A stretch of 64,000 nucleotides of DNA from an uncultured Acidimicrobiaceae bacterium (GTDB lineage Bacteria; Actinomycetota; Acidimicrobiia; Acidimicrobiales; RAAP-2). Position 1 is the stretch's first letter. Every line of letters starts with the position of its first letter. The DNA lies in the NCBI GenBank assembly GCA_963824445.1, contig CAWGPG010000003.1, positions 22,839-86,838 on the forward strand, read 5' to 3'. The notes beneath the pieces were generated by a model. It searched no databases, was not told where the DNA came from, and saw only the letters and a list, made by a program, of their open reading frames with translations. Positions 45,819 through 55,395 of the stretch are shown here, one piece after another. The translations under genes were made by a program, and so were the position numbers.

Positions 45819-46721
45819 GTGATCCAGGTGCGAGGGCTCTCCAAGCGGTTCGGCGACGTGGTTGCCGTGGATCACCTTTCCTTTGACGTGCGCCCTGGAA
45901 CCGTGACCGGGTTCCTCGGGCCCAACGGGTCGGGCAAGTCGACCACGATGCGCATGGTCATGGGTCTTGACGTGCCGAGCTCGGGCACGGCCACCGTGTT
46001 GGGTCAGCGGTACCACGACTTGCCATGGCCACTGCGGGAAGTGGGCGGGCTCCTCGAAGCAAAGGCGATCCATCCTGGCCGCTCCGCCCGCGCCCACTTG
46101 TTGACCTTGGCCCGGAGCAATGGAATTCCGAGGACACGGGTCGACGAGGTGTTGGAGCTGGTCGGACTCACATCGGTAGCCAGCAAGCGGGCAGGCAAAT
46201 TCTCGCTCGGCATGGGTCAGCGGCTGGGCATCGCGGCAGCCTTGCTCGGCGATCCGGCGGTGCTTCTGTTCGACGAGCCGGTGAACGGGCTTGATCCCGA
46301 AGGTATCCGCTGGGTACGCACACTGTGCAAGAAGTTGGCGGGCGAAGGCAGAACTGTGTTCGTGTCGAGCCACCTCATGGCAGAGATGGCCCTGACCGCC
46401 GATCACCTCGTAGTCATCGGCAAGGGCAAGCTGATCGCCGAGACCTCCGTGGCCGATTTCGTCGCCCGCAGCTCTCGACAGTCGGTGAGGGTTCGAACGC
46501 CAACACCGCACCAACTTTCCGATGCGGTGACGAATGCCGGAGGAAATGTCATCGCTGATCCGGATGGATCGATGACCGTCACCGGCTTGTCGGCGCCGGA
46601 TGTCGGCGACTTGGCCGCGTCGCTGAGCCTGGCCTTACACGAGCTCACTCCGGTCGCATCCCTCGAGGATGCCTTCATGGAGTTGACCGAGGACGCCGTC
46701 GAGTTCCGAGGTGGGCAATGA
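45819..46721 (+). CDS. ABC-2-type exporter ATP-binding protein (with a DUF4162-like C-terminal domain)
   Basis: 300 aa. Motifs: GFLGPNGSGKSTTMRM, FSLGMGQRLGIAAALL, LLFDEPVNGLD, plus a ~90-aa C-terminal extension. Confidence 0.9.
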   Translation: MIQVRGLSKRFGDVVAVDHLSFDVRPGTVTGFLGPNGSGKSTTMRMVMGLDVPSSGTATVLGQRYHDLPWPLREVGGLLEAKAIHPGRSARAHLLTLARSNGIPRTRVDEVLELVGLTSVASKRAGKFSLGMGQRLGIAAALLGDPAVLLFDEPVNGLDPEGIRWVRTLCKKLAGEGRTVFVSSHLMAEMALTADHLVVIGKGKLIAETSVADFVARSSRQSVRVRTPTPHQLSDAVTNAGGNVIADPDGSMTVTGLSAPDVGDLAASLSLALHELTPVASLEDAFMELTEDAVEFRGGQ

Positions 46722-47626
46722 CGACAGTGCTCGGGCCAGCGACCGCCTTCACCATCGACCAACCTCCTGGCCGAGTCGGTTTGCGTCGGGCCATGGCGGC
46801 GGAGTGGACCAAGCTCTGGACAGTCCGCTCCACACTGTGGACTCTCGTGGCCACCGGAGTGGCCGTGATCGGCTTGTGTGCACTGAGCACCGGCACGGTG
46901 AGTGCCTCGGAAATCATCGACGATCCGACACGCCGGAGCCTGATCGGCATCTTCTTGGGGCAGCTCATCTTCGGCGTCCTGGGCGTGCTGGTCATGAGTG
47001 CCGAGTACGGCACGGGCACAATCCGCGCCACGTTGTCAGCGGTGCCACGCCGACCGATCGTGCTCGGCGCCAAGGTGTGTGTCTTCGGAGCGGTTGCAGT
47101 GGTAGCGAGTGAGATCCTCACCTTCACCGCATTCGCCATTGGCCAAGCCATCCTGTCTGGCAAGAAGGCCGTGGGTCCGTCGACAGCTGTCGCACAGCGC
47201 GCCCACCAACTTGGTGTGAAGATCCCCCACAACATCCAGGCCCTGCTCTCGTCGAGCGGTTCCGCGTCTTTGGGGCAGCCGGGCGTGCTTCGAGCCGTGG
47301 TCGGTGCCGGCCTCTATCTCGCCGTGCTCGGGCTCTTGGCGTTGGGACTGGCCACCATCATCCGACACACGGCTGGTGCCATTTCGGCCTTCGTCGGGGT
47401 GGTCCTGGTGCTGCCACTCATCGTGCAGGCATTGCCCACCTCCATCAGCAACGCCGTCGCTCGTTACCTACCGGCCAACATCGGCCTGGTCATGTTCTCC
47501 ACAAATGGAGTGCCCGATCGCATCGGTCCAGCCTTCAGTCCTTGGACGGGCTTCGCGCTCCTCGTGTTGTACACGCTCGTGACCCTCGGGCTCGGGTGCT
47601 GGGTTCTGGTGCGCCGAGACGCCTGA
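46718..47626 (+). CDS. ABC-2 family transporter permease
   Basis: 302 aa. ATGA overlap with the ATPase gene. AAEWTKLWTVRSTLWTLVATGVAVIG followed by 6 TM segments is typical of ABC-2 permeases. Confidence 0.8.
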   Translation: MTTVLGPATAFTIDQPPGRVGLRRAMAAEWTKLWTVRSTLWTLVATGVAVIGLCALSTGTVSASEIIDDPTRRSLIGIFLGQLIFGVLGVLVMSAEYGTGTIRATLSAVPRRPIVLGAKVCVFGAVAVVASEILTFTAFAIGQAILSGKKAVGPSTAVAQRAHQLGVKIPHNIQALLSSSGSASLGQPGVLRAVVGAGLYLAVLGLLALGLATIIRHTAGAISAFVGVVLVLPLIVQALPTSISNAVARYLPANIGLVMFSTNGVPDRIGPAFSPWTGFALLVLYTLVTLGLGCWVLVRRDA

Positions 47627-47775
47627 TCCGGCGAGACAACGTGCGACCCTCGCGCGCCTCCATCAGGCCCGTCTCGCGGTTACATTCGGAATCAAATGCG
47701 GTCCTGCCTTGTATACGGACGCTGCTCGGGGGCACCACCGGCATTTGACGTTGACGTACACCAGACGTCCGACTG

Positions 47776-49428
47776 ATGTCGTTGATCCGGACCGTCGCTG
47801 GGGGAGGCAGGCCGGAGAGTCAGGCGTCTAACGTCGCGGAGGTGGCGGGCCAGCGCAGGCGGTGGGTCTCACTCGCGGGCCTGCTGTTTCTTCCAATGGC
47901 GATGTGGAGTCTCTCGAGCCCACTTTTCTCCAATCCCGACGAGTCAGCTCATGTGATCCGAGCGGAGTCAGTTGTTCGCGGGCAGTTCGAGGGGAGATAC
48001 GTCGGCTATCACAAGGGCCGGTACTTCTATCCGTATTACTCGGTCGATGTTCCTGGAAACTTGTATTACGCATCTGACTATGGCGTATGCCTTGCGCTTC
48101 TCGCTCGTAAGCCCGCCAGCGCATGTCACTTGCTGAGAGGACCCACGCATCCGGTTCAGGTCACGACCTACGTCGGAGCGTATCCACCCCTCTATTATTT
48201 GCTCGTCGGTACGCCTACCCTGGCCTCGGCCGGCAAGGTCGGGATCTTCCTGATGCGCCTACTCGGTGATGCAATCTGCGCTGGCTTCTTGGCTTCGGCC
48301 TTCCTTTCGGCGCTCACTGCGCGACGCGGAAGAGTGGCTGCAGTGGGTGTCCTTGCTGCACTCACTCCGACCGCCCTGTATGTTTCGAGCGGAGTCAACC
48401 CAAGTGGGCTGGAAATCGCCTCGGCAATCTCGTTGTGGGCTGCGGGGCTGGCCTTGACGACTTCCAACACTCCGGTTCAGACCTCTCGGTTCGTCCGTCG
48501 TGCGGGCCTTGCGGCTGCGGTCTTAGTCTGGACTCGCGGCCTGTCGCCGCTCTGGCTTCTTTGCATCGTGGCAACTGTCTGCGCTCTCTTGGAGAGGAGT
48601 CGATGGCGTTCACTTTCTCGTCGAACTGACCTCCGCGCCTGGTCCGTCATCGTTGGCGCGTCGACCGCCGGCGCACTGGTGTGGGACCTGACTGCCAACG
48701 CATTCCAGTTCTTGGGCGCGGGGGAGTCTCCAAAGAAGTCCAACCTCACGCTCGTCGGTGAAGCGTTCGGCCACACCTGGTCGTGGGTCCAGGGCACTTT
48801 CGGAGATTTTGGGCTGGTCGATCATGACACGGCGCCGACGCTCCTTCTGGTCCTGTGTCTCGCCGTGTTGGGAATGCTGATCGTATTTGGGTTTCGGGTA
48901 GCAACTCGCCGCCAGACCTTGGTGTTGATTGGTCTTATCGCAACCGCAGTCATTCTGCCGGTACTGATCACATTTGCGGGGGATCGTAAATACGGCGACA
49001 TTTGGCAGGGCCGATACGCCGTACCGTTGGCGGCAGGGATTCCACTGCTCGCCGCACTGTTGGTCGCGAACAGCAAGCGGTCTGAGGGCGCATGGTTGGA
49101 CCGCCGCGTGTGGCTCGGCTACGTGGCGTTGCTCACCGCCAACGTCGTCGGTCTCATCACGACGCTTCACAGGTTCATTGACGGGAGTAGCGGACCCTTC
49201 CAGCTGATAGGAGGTCGATGGCAGCCTCCCGTGAACGTGGTCGTCGTGATCGCTGTCTTCGTGTGTGCTCAAGCGGCTGCGTGCTGGTGTTTGTACCGAT
49301 GGGGCCGACCAACACCGATTCTCGACGCGGAGGGCTCCACTCCGTGCGAGTCTTCTGGCGGACGAATCTACGGCGACGCGACCCCCGCTGCCGCGGCTGG
49401 TCACGCACAGAACCACCCACGACGTTGA
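47776..49428 (+). CDS. DUF2142 family polytopic membrane protein (GT-C-like)
   Basis: 550 aa. SSPLFSNPDESAHVIRAESVVRGQ matches the PDE..H..RA signature of DUF2142. It has many TM segments. Confidence 0.7.
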   Translation: MSLIRTVAGGGRPESQASNVAEVAGQRRRWVSLAGLLFLPMAMWSLSSPLFSNPDESAHVIRAESVVRGQFEGRYVGYHKGRYFYPYYSVDVPGNLYYASDYGVCLALLARKPASACHLLRGPTHPVQVTTYVGAYPPLYYLLVGTPTLASAGKVGIFLMRLLGDAICAGFLASAFLSALTARRGRVAAVGVLAALTPTALYVSSGVNPSGLEIASAISLWAAGLALTTSNTPVQTSRFVRRAGLAAAVLVWTRGLSPLWLLCIVATVCALLERSRWRSLSRRTDLRAWSVIVGASTAGALVWDLTANAFQFLGAGESPKKSNLTLVGEAFGHTWSWVQGTFGDFGLVDHDTAPTLLLVLCLAVLGMLIVFGFRVATRRQTLVLIGLIATAVILPVLITFAGDRKYGDIWQGRYAVPLAAGIPLLAALLVANSKRSEGAWLDRRVWLGYVALLTANVVGLITTLHRFIDGSSGPFQLIGGRWQPPVNVVVVIAVFVCAQAAACWCLYRWGRPTPILDAEGSTPCESSGGRIYGDATPAAAAGHAQNHPRR

Positions 49429-49625
49429 TGGGGGAGAGCGCAACTCACCGGGAGCATTTTGGTGACCCCGGACCGTGGGCGGAGCCGTGGATAGCCTCTA
49501 GAGCGGTTCCGGCCTCCATCGGACAGAGCTGACGGCCCTCGACGCCGGATCCTCCCTCGGCATAGGGCTTGCATGTGCCGATGGGGCAGCCGGACTGCTG
49601 GTCCCAGGACGCGTCCCCACGCACC

Positions 49626-50069
49626 ATGCTTCGCCGTCCTCAACCAAACTGGCACACTCGGTCTGTGCCATCGATTTCCGGACGCATCGAAATCAACCTG
49701 ACCGTTCGAGATCCAGCGAGGAGTGCCGCGTGGTACAGCGAATTGCTCGGACTCGAAGAAATGTACGACTTCTCCACGCCCGATGGTCACCTGCGCTACG
49801 TCGCCCTTGTAGAGCCGACGAGTCGGCTGGTCTTGTGCCTCGTTGGCCATGAAGAGAATAACGGTGAGCCGTTCAGCGAGTTCCGTACCGGCCTCGACCA
49901 CTTCGAGCTCCTGGTGGACCGACGAGAAGACCTCGACGAGTGGGTTCGCAGGTTGGATCGGCTGGGTATCGAGCACTCGGGAATCAAAGAACCCGAGTAC
50001 ACGCGAAACGCCATGCTGACGTTTCGCGATCCCGACCACATCCAGCTGGAGTTCTTCTGGAGGAACTGA
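49626..50069 (+). CDS. VOC/glyoxalase family protein
   Basis: ORF 49569..50069: RIEINLTVRDPARSAAWYSELLGLEE..GLDHFELLV..LTFRDPDHIQLEFF. The start is uncertain (49569, 49626 or 49665). Confidence 0.7.
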   Translation: MLRRPQPNWHTRSVPSISGRIEINLTVRDPARSAAWYSELLGLEEMYDFSTPDGHLRYVALVEPTSRLVLCLVGHEENNGEPFSEFRTGLDHFELLVDRREDLDEWVRRLDRLGIEHSGIKEPEYTRNAMLTFRDPDHIQLEFFWRN

Positions 50070-50342
50070 TCGCTTGAAAGGCGCCTCAGCTGCTGCCGGT
50101 GGATCACACCGAATCGTTGGTGCGTGCACGTCGGATCAACAGCTACCGCGGTCTCGTCTGTCTCGCCGGTCCCGCCGTACTTCTGGCCGCACGGCAGCGA
50201 TCCCTGTCTCGCATTCCAGATATCAGTGACGGGATCACCGCCCGACGGAGCGAAGGAGGCTGGTTCGATGTCCATGCCGGGGGCGCCAACCGATGTCGTT
50301 GAAGACGCCTGACGGCCTCGTGTTGACTGCAATCACTCGCTC

Positions 50343-51095
50343 TCAACTGCACAGAGCCAGCCATGTCTGATTCTGCTCGACGCGCAGAGCCGCGTGATCA
50401 CCGGGAAGTTCGCGCTGGACTACCCCTCGATAGTAGGAGCGACCCTTGGGGTCGTCCGTCAAAATGACAACACCGTCACCTGTCGACGGACAGCCGATGA
50501 CGAAATTGTTGGCGTCGTCGTTGAGACCCCATTGCCACCCATGAATCGGGGGGCCGAGTTCGATGCCCCAGCCCGCACCCCAGGCAAGCTCGTCGTCGAT
50601 GCGCCAGAGCGGTTCCCAACGTGCATCCCTGAGTCGAAGGGCGTGAGCCAAGAAGCGTCCGTAATCGGCGGCAGTGGTCAAAAGCGGCCGATAGCCGTAC
50701 AAGGCGAGATCGGGATCTGCCAGGCGGCTTTGATTCATCAGGAGAGGCCCGAAGACCCGGTCTTGAGCGAGCGTGGCGATCGACAGACCAGTTCGCCTCT
50801 CAAGGTGATCCTGCAGCAGGACGAAGCCCTCGCCCGAGTAACCCCAGCGCTGGCCAGGTGGACGCAGCGGCTGAAGTGGACCTCCTTCAGGGCGCCAGTT
50901 GGGGAGCCCGGTGGTGTGAGTCAGAACGTGGCGTACGGTGATCTCGCCGAGAACGGGTTCGTCGAGATCATCGATGAACTCAAGGGCCAAGTGCGCGATG
51001 ACCTGCTTCACGAGCGATGCCGCATTCATCAGCTCGGTCTCGCCCTCGACCCGAGCGAGCTGCCACTTCCGTACGACGCTGATCGAACTGCGCAT
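50343..51095 (-). CDS. Serine hydrolase, beta-lactamase/transpeptidase-like family (short N-terminus)
   Basis: 250 aa. The S-x-x-K motif is at residues 26-29 (AASLVKQ), followed by HVLTHTTGLP and YSGEGFVLL. An in-frame TGA lies 31 codons upstream with no start codon between, so the N-terminus is shorter than I would expect for the family. Confidence 0.6.
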   Translation of the reverse strand: MRSSISVVRKWQLARVEGETELMNAASLVKQVIAHLALEFIDDLDEPVLGEITVRHVLTHTTGLPNWRPEGGPLQPLRPPGQRWGYSGEGFVLLQDHLERRTGLSIATLAQDRVFGPLLMNQSRLADPDLALYGYRPLLTTAADYGRFLAHALRLRDARWEPLWRIDDELAWGAGWGIELGPPIHGWQWGLNDDANNFVIGCPSTGDGVVILTDDPKGRSYYRGVVQRELPGDHAALRVEQNQTWLALCS

Positions 51096-51261
51096 GCCAG
51101 CGCAGGTTATGTCCGGGCCGGCATCCGGGCACGGGACAATCGAGAGGAGTGGTGCGTCGGCGTCGAACCGTCCACCTTGATGAGTTCCTGGTCACGAGCC
51201 CCAGGTCAACGTTCGGAATCCCGTTCACCATCGCGAAGGCGCATGCCGACTGGGTCGGACA

Positions 51262-52617
51262 TTATGAGAAGTAGTCGTAGTACTCGAGCCCGAGGTGGGT
51301 GAGAGGCTCTTCGCCGGCCAGGAAGCGCAGCGTGTTCTTGAGCTTGGTCAGCTGGATGAACAGGTCGTGCTCGGCGTAGACCCCTGGTGCGCACTGGGGC
51401 GATTTGAAGTAGAAGGACAGCCACTCCTGGATCCCGCGCATCTCGGCCCTCTGGGCGAGGTCGGTGAAGAGCAGCAGGTCGAGGACGAGCGGCGCCGCCA
51501 GGATCGAATCACGGCAGAGGAAGTTGACCTTTAGCTGCATCGGGTAACCCAGCCACCCGAAGATGTCGATGTTGTCCCACCCTTCCTTGTTGTCCCCACG
51601 CGGCGGGTAGTAGTTGATTGAGACCTGGTGTTCGATGTCGCCGTAGAGTTGGGGGTAGAGCTCAGGCTGCAGAATGCCCTCGAGTACTCCGAGCTTGGAT
51701 TGCTCCTTCGCCCGGAAGCTGTCTGGGTCCTGGAGGACCTCGCCGTCCCGGTTTCCGAGGATGTTGGTCGAGTACCAGCCCGAGAGTCCAAGGAGCCGGG
51801 CCTTGATCATTGGGGCGAGGACCGTCTTTACCATGGTCTGACCGGACTTGAGGTCCTTACCGGCAATCGCTACCGAATGTTCCGTTGCGTATTGGGTGAG
51901 CGCCGGCGTGTCGATGGAGAGGTTCGGCGAGCAGTTGACGAAGGGGATGCCGACCCCGAGGGCAGCGTAGGCGTAGAGCATGGTCGGAGCGATAGCCGGG
52001 TCGTTCTGGTCCAGCGCCGCCTCGAAAGCCTCGAGGCTGTGATACGCCTCATTTTCGGGGAGAAGTCCCTCGGTCGACCCACACCAGACCATGATGCCCC
52101 GGGCAGAGCCTTTCGCATTGAGGAACGTCATGATGTCCGTCCTGATCGCCTCGACTCGCTCTCGATGGGTGCTTTCTGAGCGTGTGTTGGTTCCGTGCAC
52201 CTGAGTGACGTACGACGAGTCGAACACGGCCGGAAGGGGCCGGATCGTCCGCAGGAATGCGCCGACCCGCTCTATGGATGGCTGGTCCAGAACTCCGGCC
52301 CGGCTGGCGGCGACGAAGGCGTCGTCTGGGAAGGGATCCCAGGCGCAGAAGTCAAGCTGATGGACGGAGGCGAGGGCGACCAGGTCGCCGATGCGCGTGA
52401 CCCGCTGCTCATCTCGGCGACCGAGGCGCACGGTCCCGAGTTGTGAGAGCGAACCGATCGGCTGGCCCGAGCCGGACCGAATCGATTCGACACCGGCGAT
52501 CAGAGTGGTCGCGAGAGCGCCCAAGCCCACGCAGAACACGGCGAGCCTCCCCTCGGCCAGCGCGATCTCTGGTGAATTCGAGAGGGTGCTCGGGGGCACG
52601 TCTTCGCCTGAGGACAC
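51262..52617 (-). CDS. ino1: myo-Inositol-1-phosphate synthase
   Basis: 451 aa. Motifs: GKDLKSGQTMVKTVLAPM, STNILGNRDGEVL, DSILAAPLVLDLLLF. Confidence 0.85.
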   Translation of the reverse strand: MSSGEDVPPSTLSNSPEIALAEGRLAVFCVGLGALATTLIAGVESIRSGSGQPIGSLSQLGTVRLGRRDEQRVTRIGDLVALASVHQLDFCAWDPFPDDAFVAASRAGVLDQPSIERVGAFLRTIRPLPAVFDSSYVTQVHGTNTRSESTHRERVEAIRTDIMTFLNAKGSARGIMVWCGSTEGLLPENEAYHSLEAFEAALDQNDPAIAPTMLYAYAALGVGIPFVNCSPNLSIDTPALTQYATEHSVAIAGKDLKSGQTMVKTVLAPMIKARLLGLSGWYSTNILGNRDGEVLQDPDSFRAKEQSKLGVLEGILQPELYPQLYGDIEHQVSINYYPPRGDNKEGWDNIDIFGWLGYPMQLKVNFLCRDSILAAPLVLDLLLFTDLAQRAEMRGIQEWLSFYFKSPQCAPGVYAEHDLFIQLTKLKNTLRFLAGEEPLTHLGLEYYDYFS

Positions 52618-52723
52618 CGGCTACACCCCTTTTCTTGAAGCGCTTGAGGAAAAGTGGTCAATACGACGAAATCGTAAGCGCGCTCTGTGGTGGAGCGATG
52701 GACCCGGCAAAAGGGGACACGGA

Positions 52724-53353
52724 TCAGCGTCTGCGTTGGGCCTGTACGAGGGGAACGCCAAAGGGCAAAAACGCCACGACTGCGGCAACCACTGCGAGAA
52801 AAGCGCCCCACGACCAACTGAGGCCGGACGGCTTGAGCAGGAAGCCCAGCACCACGAGGGCCAGATTGACTCCGGTCATGAGCGTCAGGAGCTGACTCTT
52901 GGACAAGCGACCCTGATCAGCCAGGTCGCCCGCGCCGAACGCAACGATGAGGACATAGAGAACCAGCACGATCGAATCCAGCACCGCGATGAACAGCCAG
53001 CCATGGGTTGTGAGTCCGTCAACGGAGAAGGGGCCAATGCTGTACCAGGGCAGCCAGAACGACACCAGAAGGACCAAGGTGGCCGGGCCTACGACCCGAT
53101 CTCTGTGATCGAGGGCGTTCAGCCGTTGTCGTGACTTCTTGACACGCTTTGGCGTCGGTCGTGGCAGGACAGTCGGCCTGATGGCGGCACCGCACTTTGG
53201 GCAAAGTGCGGTCCTTGGCGGTACCTCAACCAGGCAGCGGGAGCAAGCAGGCAATCGGCGAACCTCATTCGTGATGTGACAATCGCGCTTGCTTAGGCTA
53301 CAGGTACCCCTGCGTCCTCGTCGCCGATCGGGCGGGTCCTGCGAGTACTCCAC
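52724..53353 (-). CDS. Zinc-ribbon domain membrane protein
   Basis: 209 aa. The N-terminal ACSRCLVEVPPRTALCPKCG (CxxC..CxxC) is followed by 4 TM segments. Confidence 0.6.
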   Translation of the reverse strand: MEYSQDPPDRRRGRRGTCSLSKRDCHITNEVRRLPACSRCLVEVPPRTALCPKCGAAIRPTVLPRPTPKRVKKSRQRLNALDHRDRVVGPATLVLLVSFWLPWYSIGPFSVDGLTTHGWLFIAVLDSIVLVLYVLIVAFGAGDLADQGRLSKSQLLTLMTGVNLALVVLGFLLKPSGLSWSWGAFLAVVAAVVAFLPFGVPLVQAQRRR

Positions 53354-53458
53354 GGTTTTCGAGTTCTAGGGCCACCTGTTTTGCATGCCAGATGCGCCAC
53401 GCTTCCATGCCTGCTGAGCCAGCCCCTTTGGACACGCCGCTCTCATCAGGTCCGGTGA

Positions 53459-54079
53459 TCAGATGCCAAGCATCGCGGAGCGCAGCTGGGCTGCGAGCTC
53501 GGCGTCGCCGCTGATTTCAACCCTGGCCGCCCCTTGGCGACCGGCGGCGAACATGGTGAGCTCGCTCGGGTCACCCGAAAGCGTGAGGAGCGGCCCAGAG
53601 CCGCCCTGTTTGTCGGTTCTTCCCGGCGAGGTGATGACGACCGTTGCGGGGACTCTTTTCGCCATCCCGCCAGGCCCGACGCGCGTCCAGAGCACATCGC
53701 TCAAAGCCGGGGAGATCTCCCGAGGTTCCCAGCCGTCTTGTGCGCGACGCACGTCCTCCACGTGGATGAAGAACTCGACGGTGTTCATCGGACCATCGAA
53801 CGGACGGAGGACCCAGGGTGGCCCGCTCCGCACGGCCTCCACGAGCTCGTCCCATGACATACGATCTCGCACTGATCGCCGTACTTTGTCCGTGTAACCC
53901 GCCAGAGGGTGCCAGACGAGTCCCGGTCCACTGTCAGGTCGCCGTTCACGCACAACAAGGTGCGCCGCGAGATCACCCGTGAGCCAACCAGCGCACAACG
54001 TGGGTGCGTCGGCGCCATGCTCGGTGAAGAGGTCGCAGAGAGTCTTGCGTTCTTGCTGCGCGAGGCTTATCGACGTCAC
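53459..54079 (-). CDS. TIGR03085-like / mycothiol-dependent maleylpyruvate-isomerase N-terminal (DinB-fold) family protein
   Basis: 206 aa. ERKTLCDLFTEHGADAPTLCAGWLTGDLAAHLVVRERRPD matches the actinobacterial TIGR03085 pattern. Confidence 0.7.
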   Translation of the reverse strand: MTSISLAQQERKTLCDLFTEHGADAPTLCAGWLTGDLAAHLVVRERRPDSGPGLVWHPLAGYTDKVRRSVRDRMSWDELVEAVRSGPPWVLRPFDGPMNTVEFFIHVEDVRRAQDGWEPREISPALSDVLWTRVGPGGMAKRVPATVVITSPGRTDKQGGSGPLLTLSGDPSELTMFAAGRQGAARVEISGDAELAAQLRSAMLGI

Positions 54080-54333
54080 ATTCGCATTCTAAGGTTGTCT
54101 CAACGAGGAAGAGCCTGTCGAGACCCATCTCACGCCATAGGGCCGGAGCCGGAGGGGCTACCTTCGAATTCGTAGAACCGTCATCGCGGATGCACGGAAA
54201 CAGTCGAACTCGTCGCCTCCCGAAGTGTGGAGCCCCACCGCCAGCGTCGCCCGCTCGAGTGGCGTGTGACACCGGATTGCGGTCCCCGACAGTGCGGCGC
54301 GTTTCGTCCGCAAGCTTAGGCAACCCGTCACAA

Positions 54334-55395
54334 TTATGGGCTGTCAATGAGCGAATTGATCCTCGCATTGAGCTCTGCTTGGTCCGCGATATGGATGTAG
54401 ACCTCTTGTGGATGGTGGGCGCCTGATCCCCAGGAGAGTCCACCCTTGCTGTTGATGACCGCAGCGCCACCCTGACCGAGGACGGAGAAGGCGCCAGCGG
54501 CGGCGCCGACCGCATACAACAGCGTCGGCCCGTCCCAGTCACCGTCCCCCGGCGGCCCGCAATTGAAGAGCTTCGAGTAGACGATTCGCATGGGGTTCTT
54601 TTGCGGCGCCGACGAACACAGGTTCCCACCAACCTTCGTGTTGATGCCCGTGTATCCGTCGACCCAGGCAAATGCTGTGGGCCACCCTTGAGGGGCTACC
54701 AGAAATTTGGTAGCAGCAATATCAAGACGTTCGTTCGTGAACGGGGGGCCACCGATCGGGAAAAGGCCGTCCTCGATCACAAGTCTCTTCACCTTGTTTG
54801 CGACCAACGCTCGTCCGGACAGTGAGCTGCCATGACCTGGATGAGAGCGCAAGAGCCCCGCCAAGTTGGTGTAGCCACCGATGCTTACGAACGTCACCGA
54901 ATGGTTCGGCTGGACAGCCAAGACGCGCCGATAGAGAGGGACGGCCTGCTGAGCTTCGGAACTGTTCCGAATGGCATGGGGGAGTCGCTCCGCAAGTAGG
55001 TCACTGTACCCGTGGGGCGCGGTGTCGGCAGAGCTGTCGGCCACGGCACCGATCGGAATGCGCTCGTGGCCGTAGAACGTATCGATGGCGTCCAGCGCCG
55101 CGGCCGCTGTCGGATTTCGGATATCCGACATGACGGCGAGCACGTCAACCTTGCCCCGCAGTTGGAGGACATTGGCCATCCCGATCGCTGTTGCGTCATC
55201 CCACCACAAGGAGAGGTCGGTGTCGATGATGATGCGTTGTGGACCAGCACTGGTCGTTTGCCCCGAAGCCGAAGTCGTTGATCGGAGCTCCGGCAATCCA
55301 ATGGCAATGATGATCGACACCAAGGCAAGCGCGTAAAGGCGCGTACGTCTGCCCCACGTCCGTGTCCCACTACGTCGCTGGCTCCGTGCCTTCAT
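54334..55395 (-). CDS. Secreted or membrane-anchored nucleoside hydrolase-like protein (IUNH family)
   Basis: 353 aa with an N-terminal hydrophobic anchor. IIIDTDLSLWWDDATAIGMANVL resembles the DxDxxxDD motif. ATGA overlap with the upstream DinB-like gene. Confidence 0.55.
   Translation of the reverse strand: MKARSQRRSGTRTWGRRTRLYALALVSIIIAIGLPELRSTTSASGQTTSAGPQRIIIDTDLSLWWDDATAIGMANVLQLRGKVDVLAVMSDIRNPTAAAALDAIDTFYGHERIPIGAVADSSADTAPHGYSDLLAERLPHAIRNSSEAQQAVPLYRRVLAVQPNHSVTFVSIGGYTNLAGLLRSHPGHGSSLSGRALVANKVKRLVIEDGLFPIGGPPFTNERLDIAATKFLVAPQGWPTAFAWVDGYTGINTKVGGNLCSSAPQKNPMRIVYSKLFNCGPPGDGDWDGPTLLYAVGAAAGAFSVLGQGGAAVINSKGGLSWGSGAHHPQEVYIHIADQAELNARINSLIDSP

Noticed and set aside
49401-50332. 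Minus-strand ORFs 49401..50129 (242 aa) and 49796..50332 (178 aa)
   Set aside because: They are antisense to the VOC gene (49626..50069). The non-overlapping N-terminal part of the 178-aa ORF has no RBS or recognisable motif.
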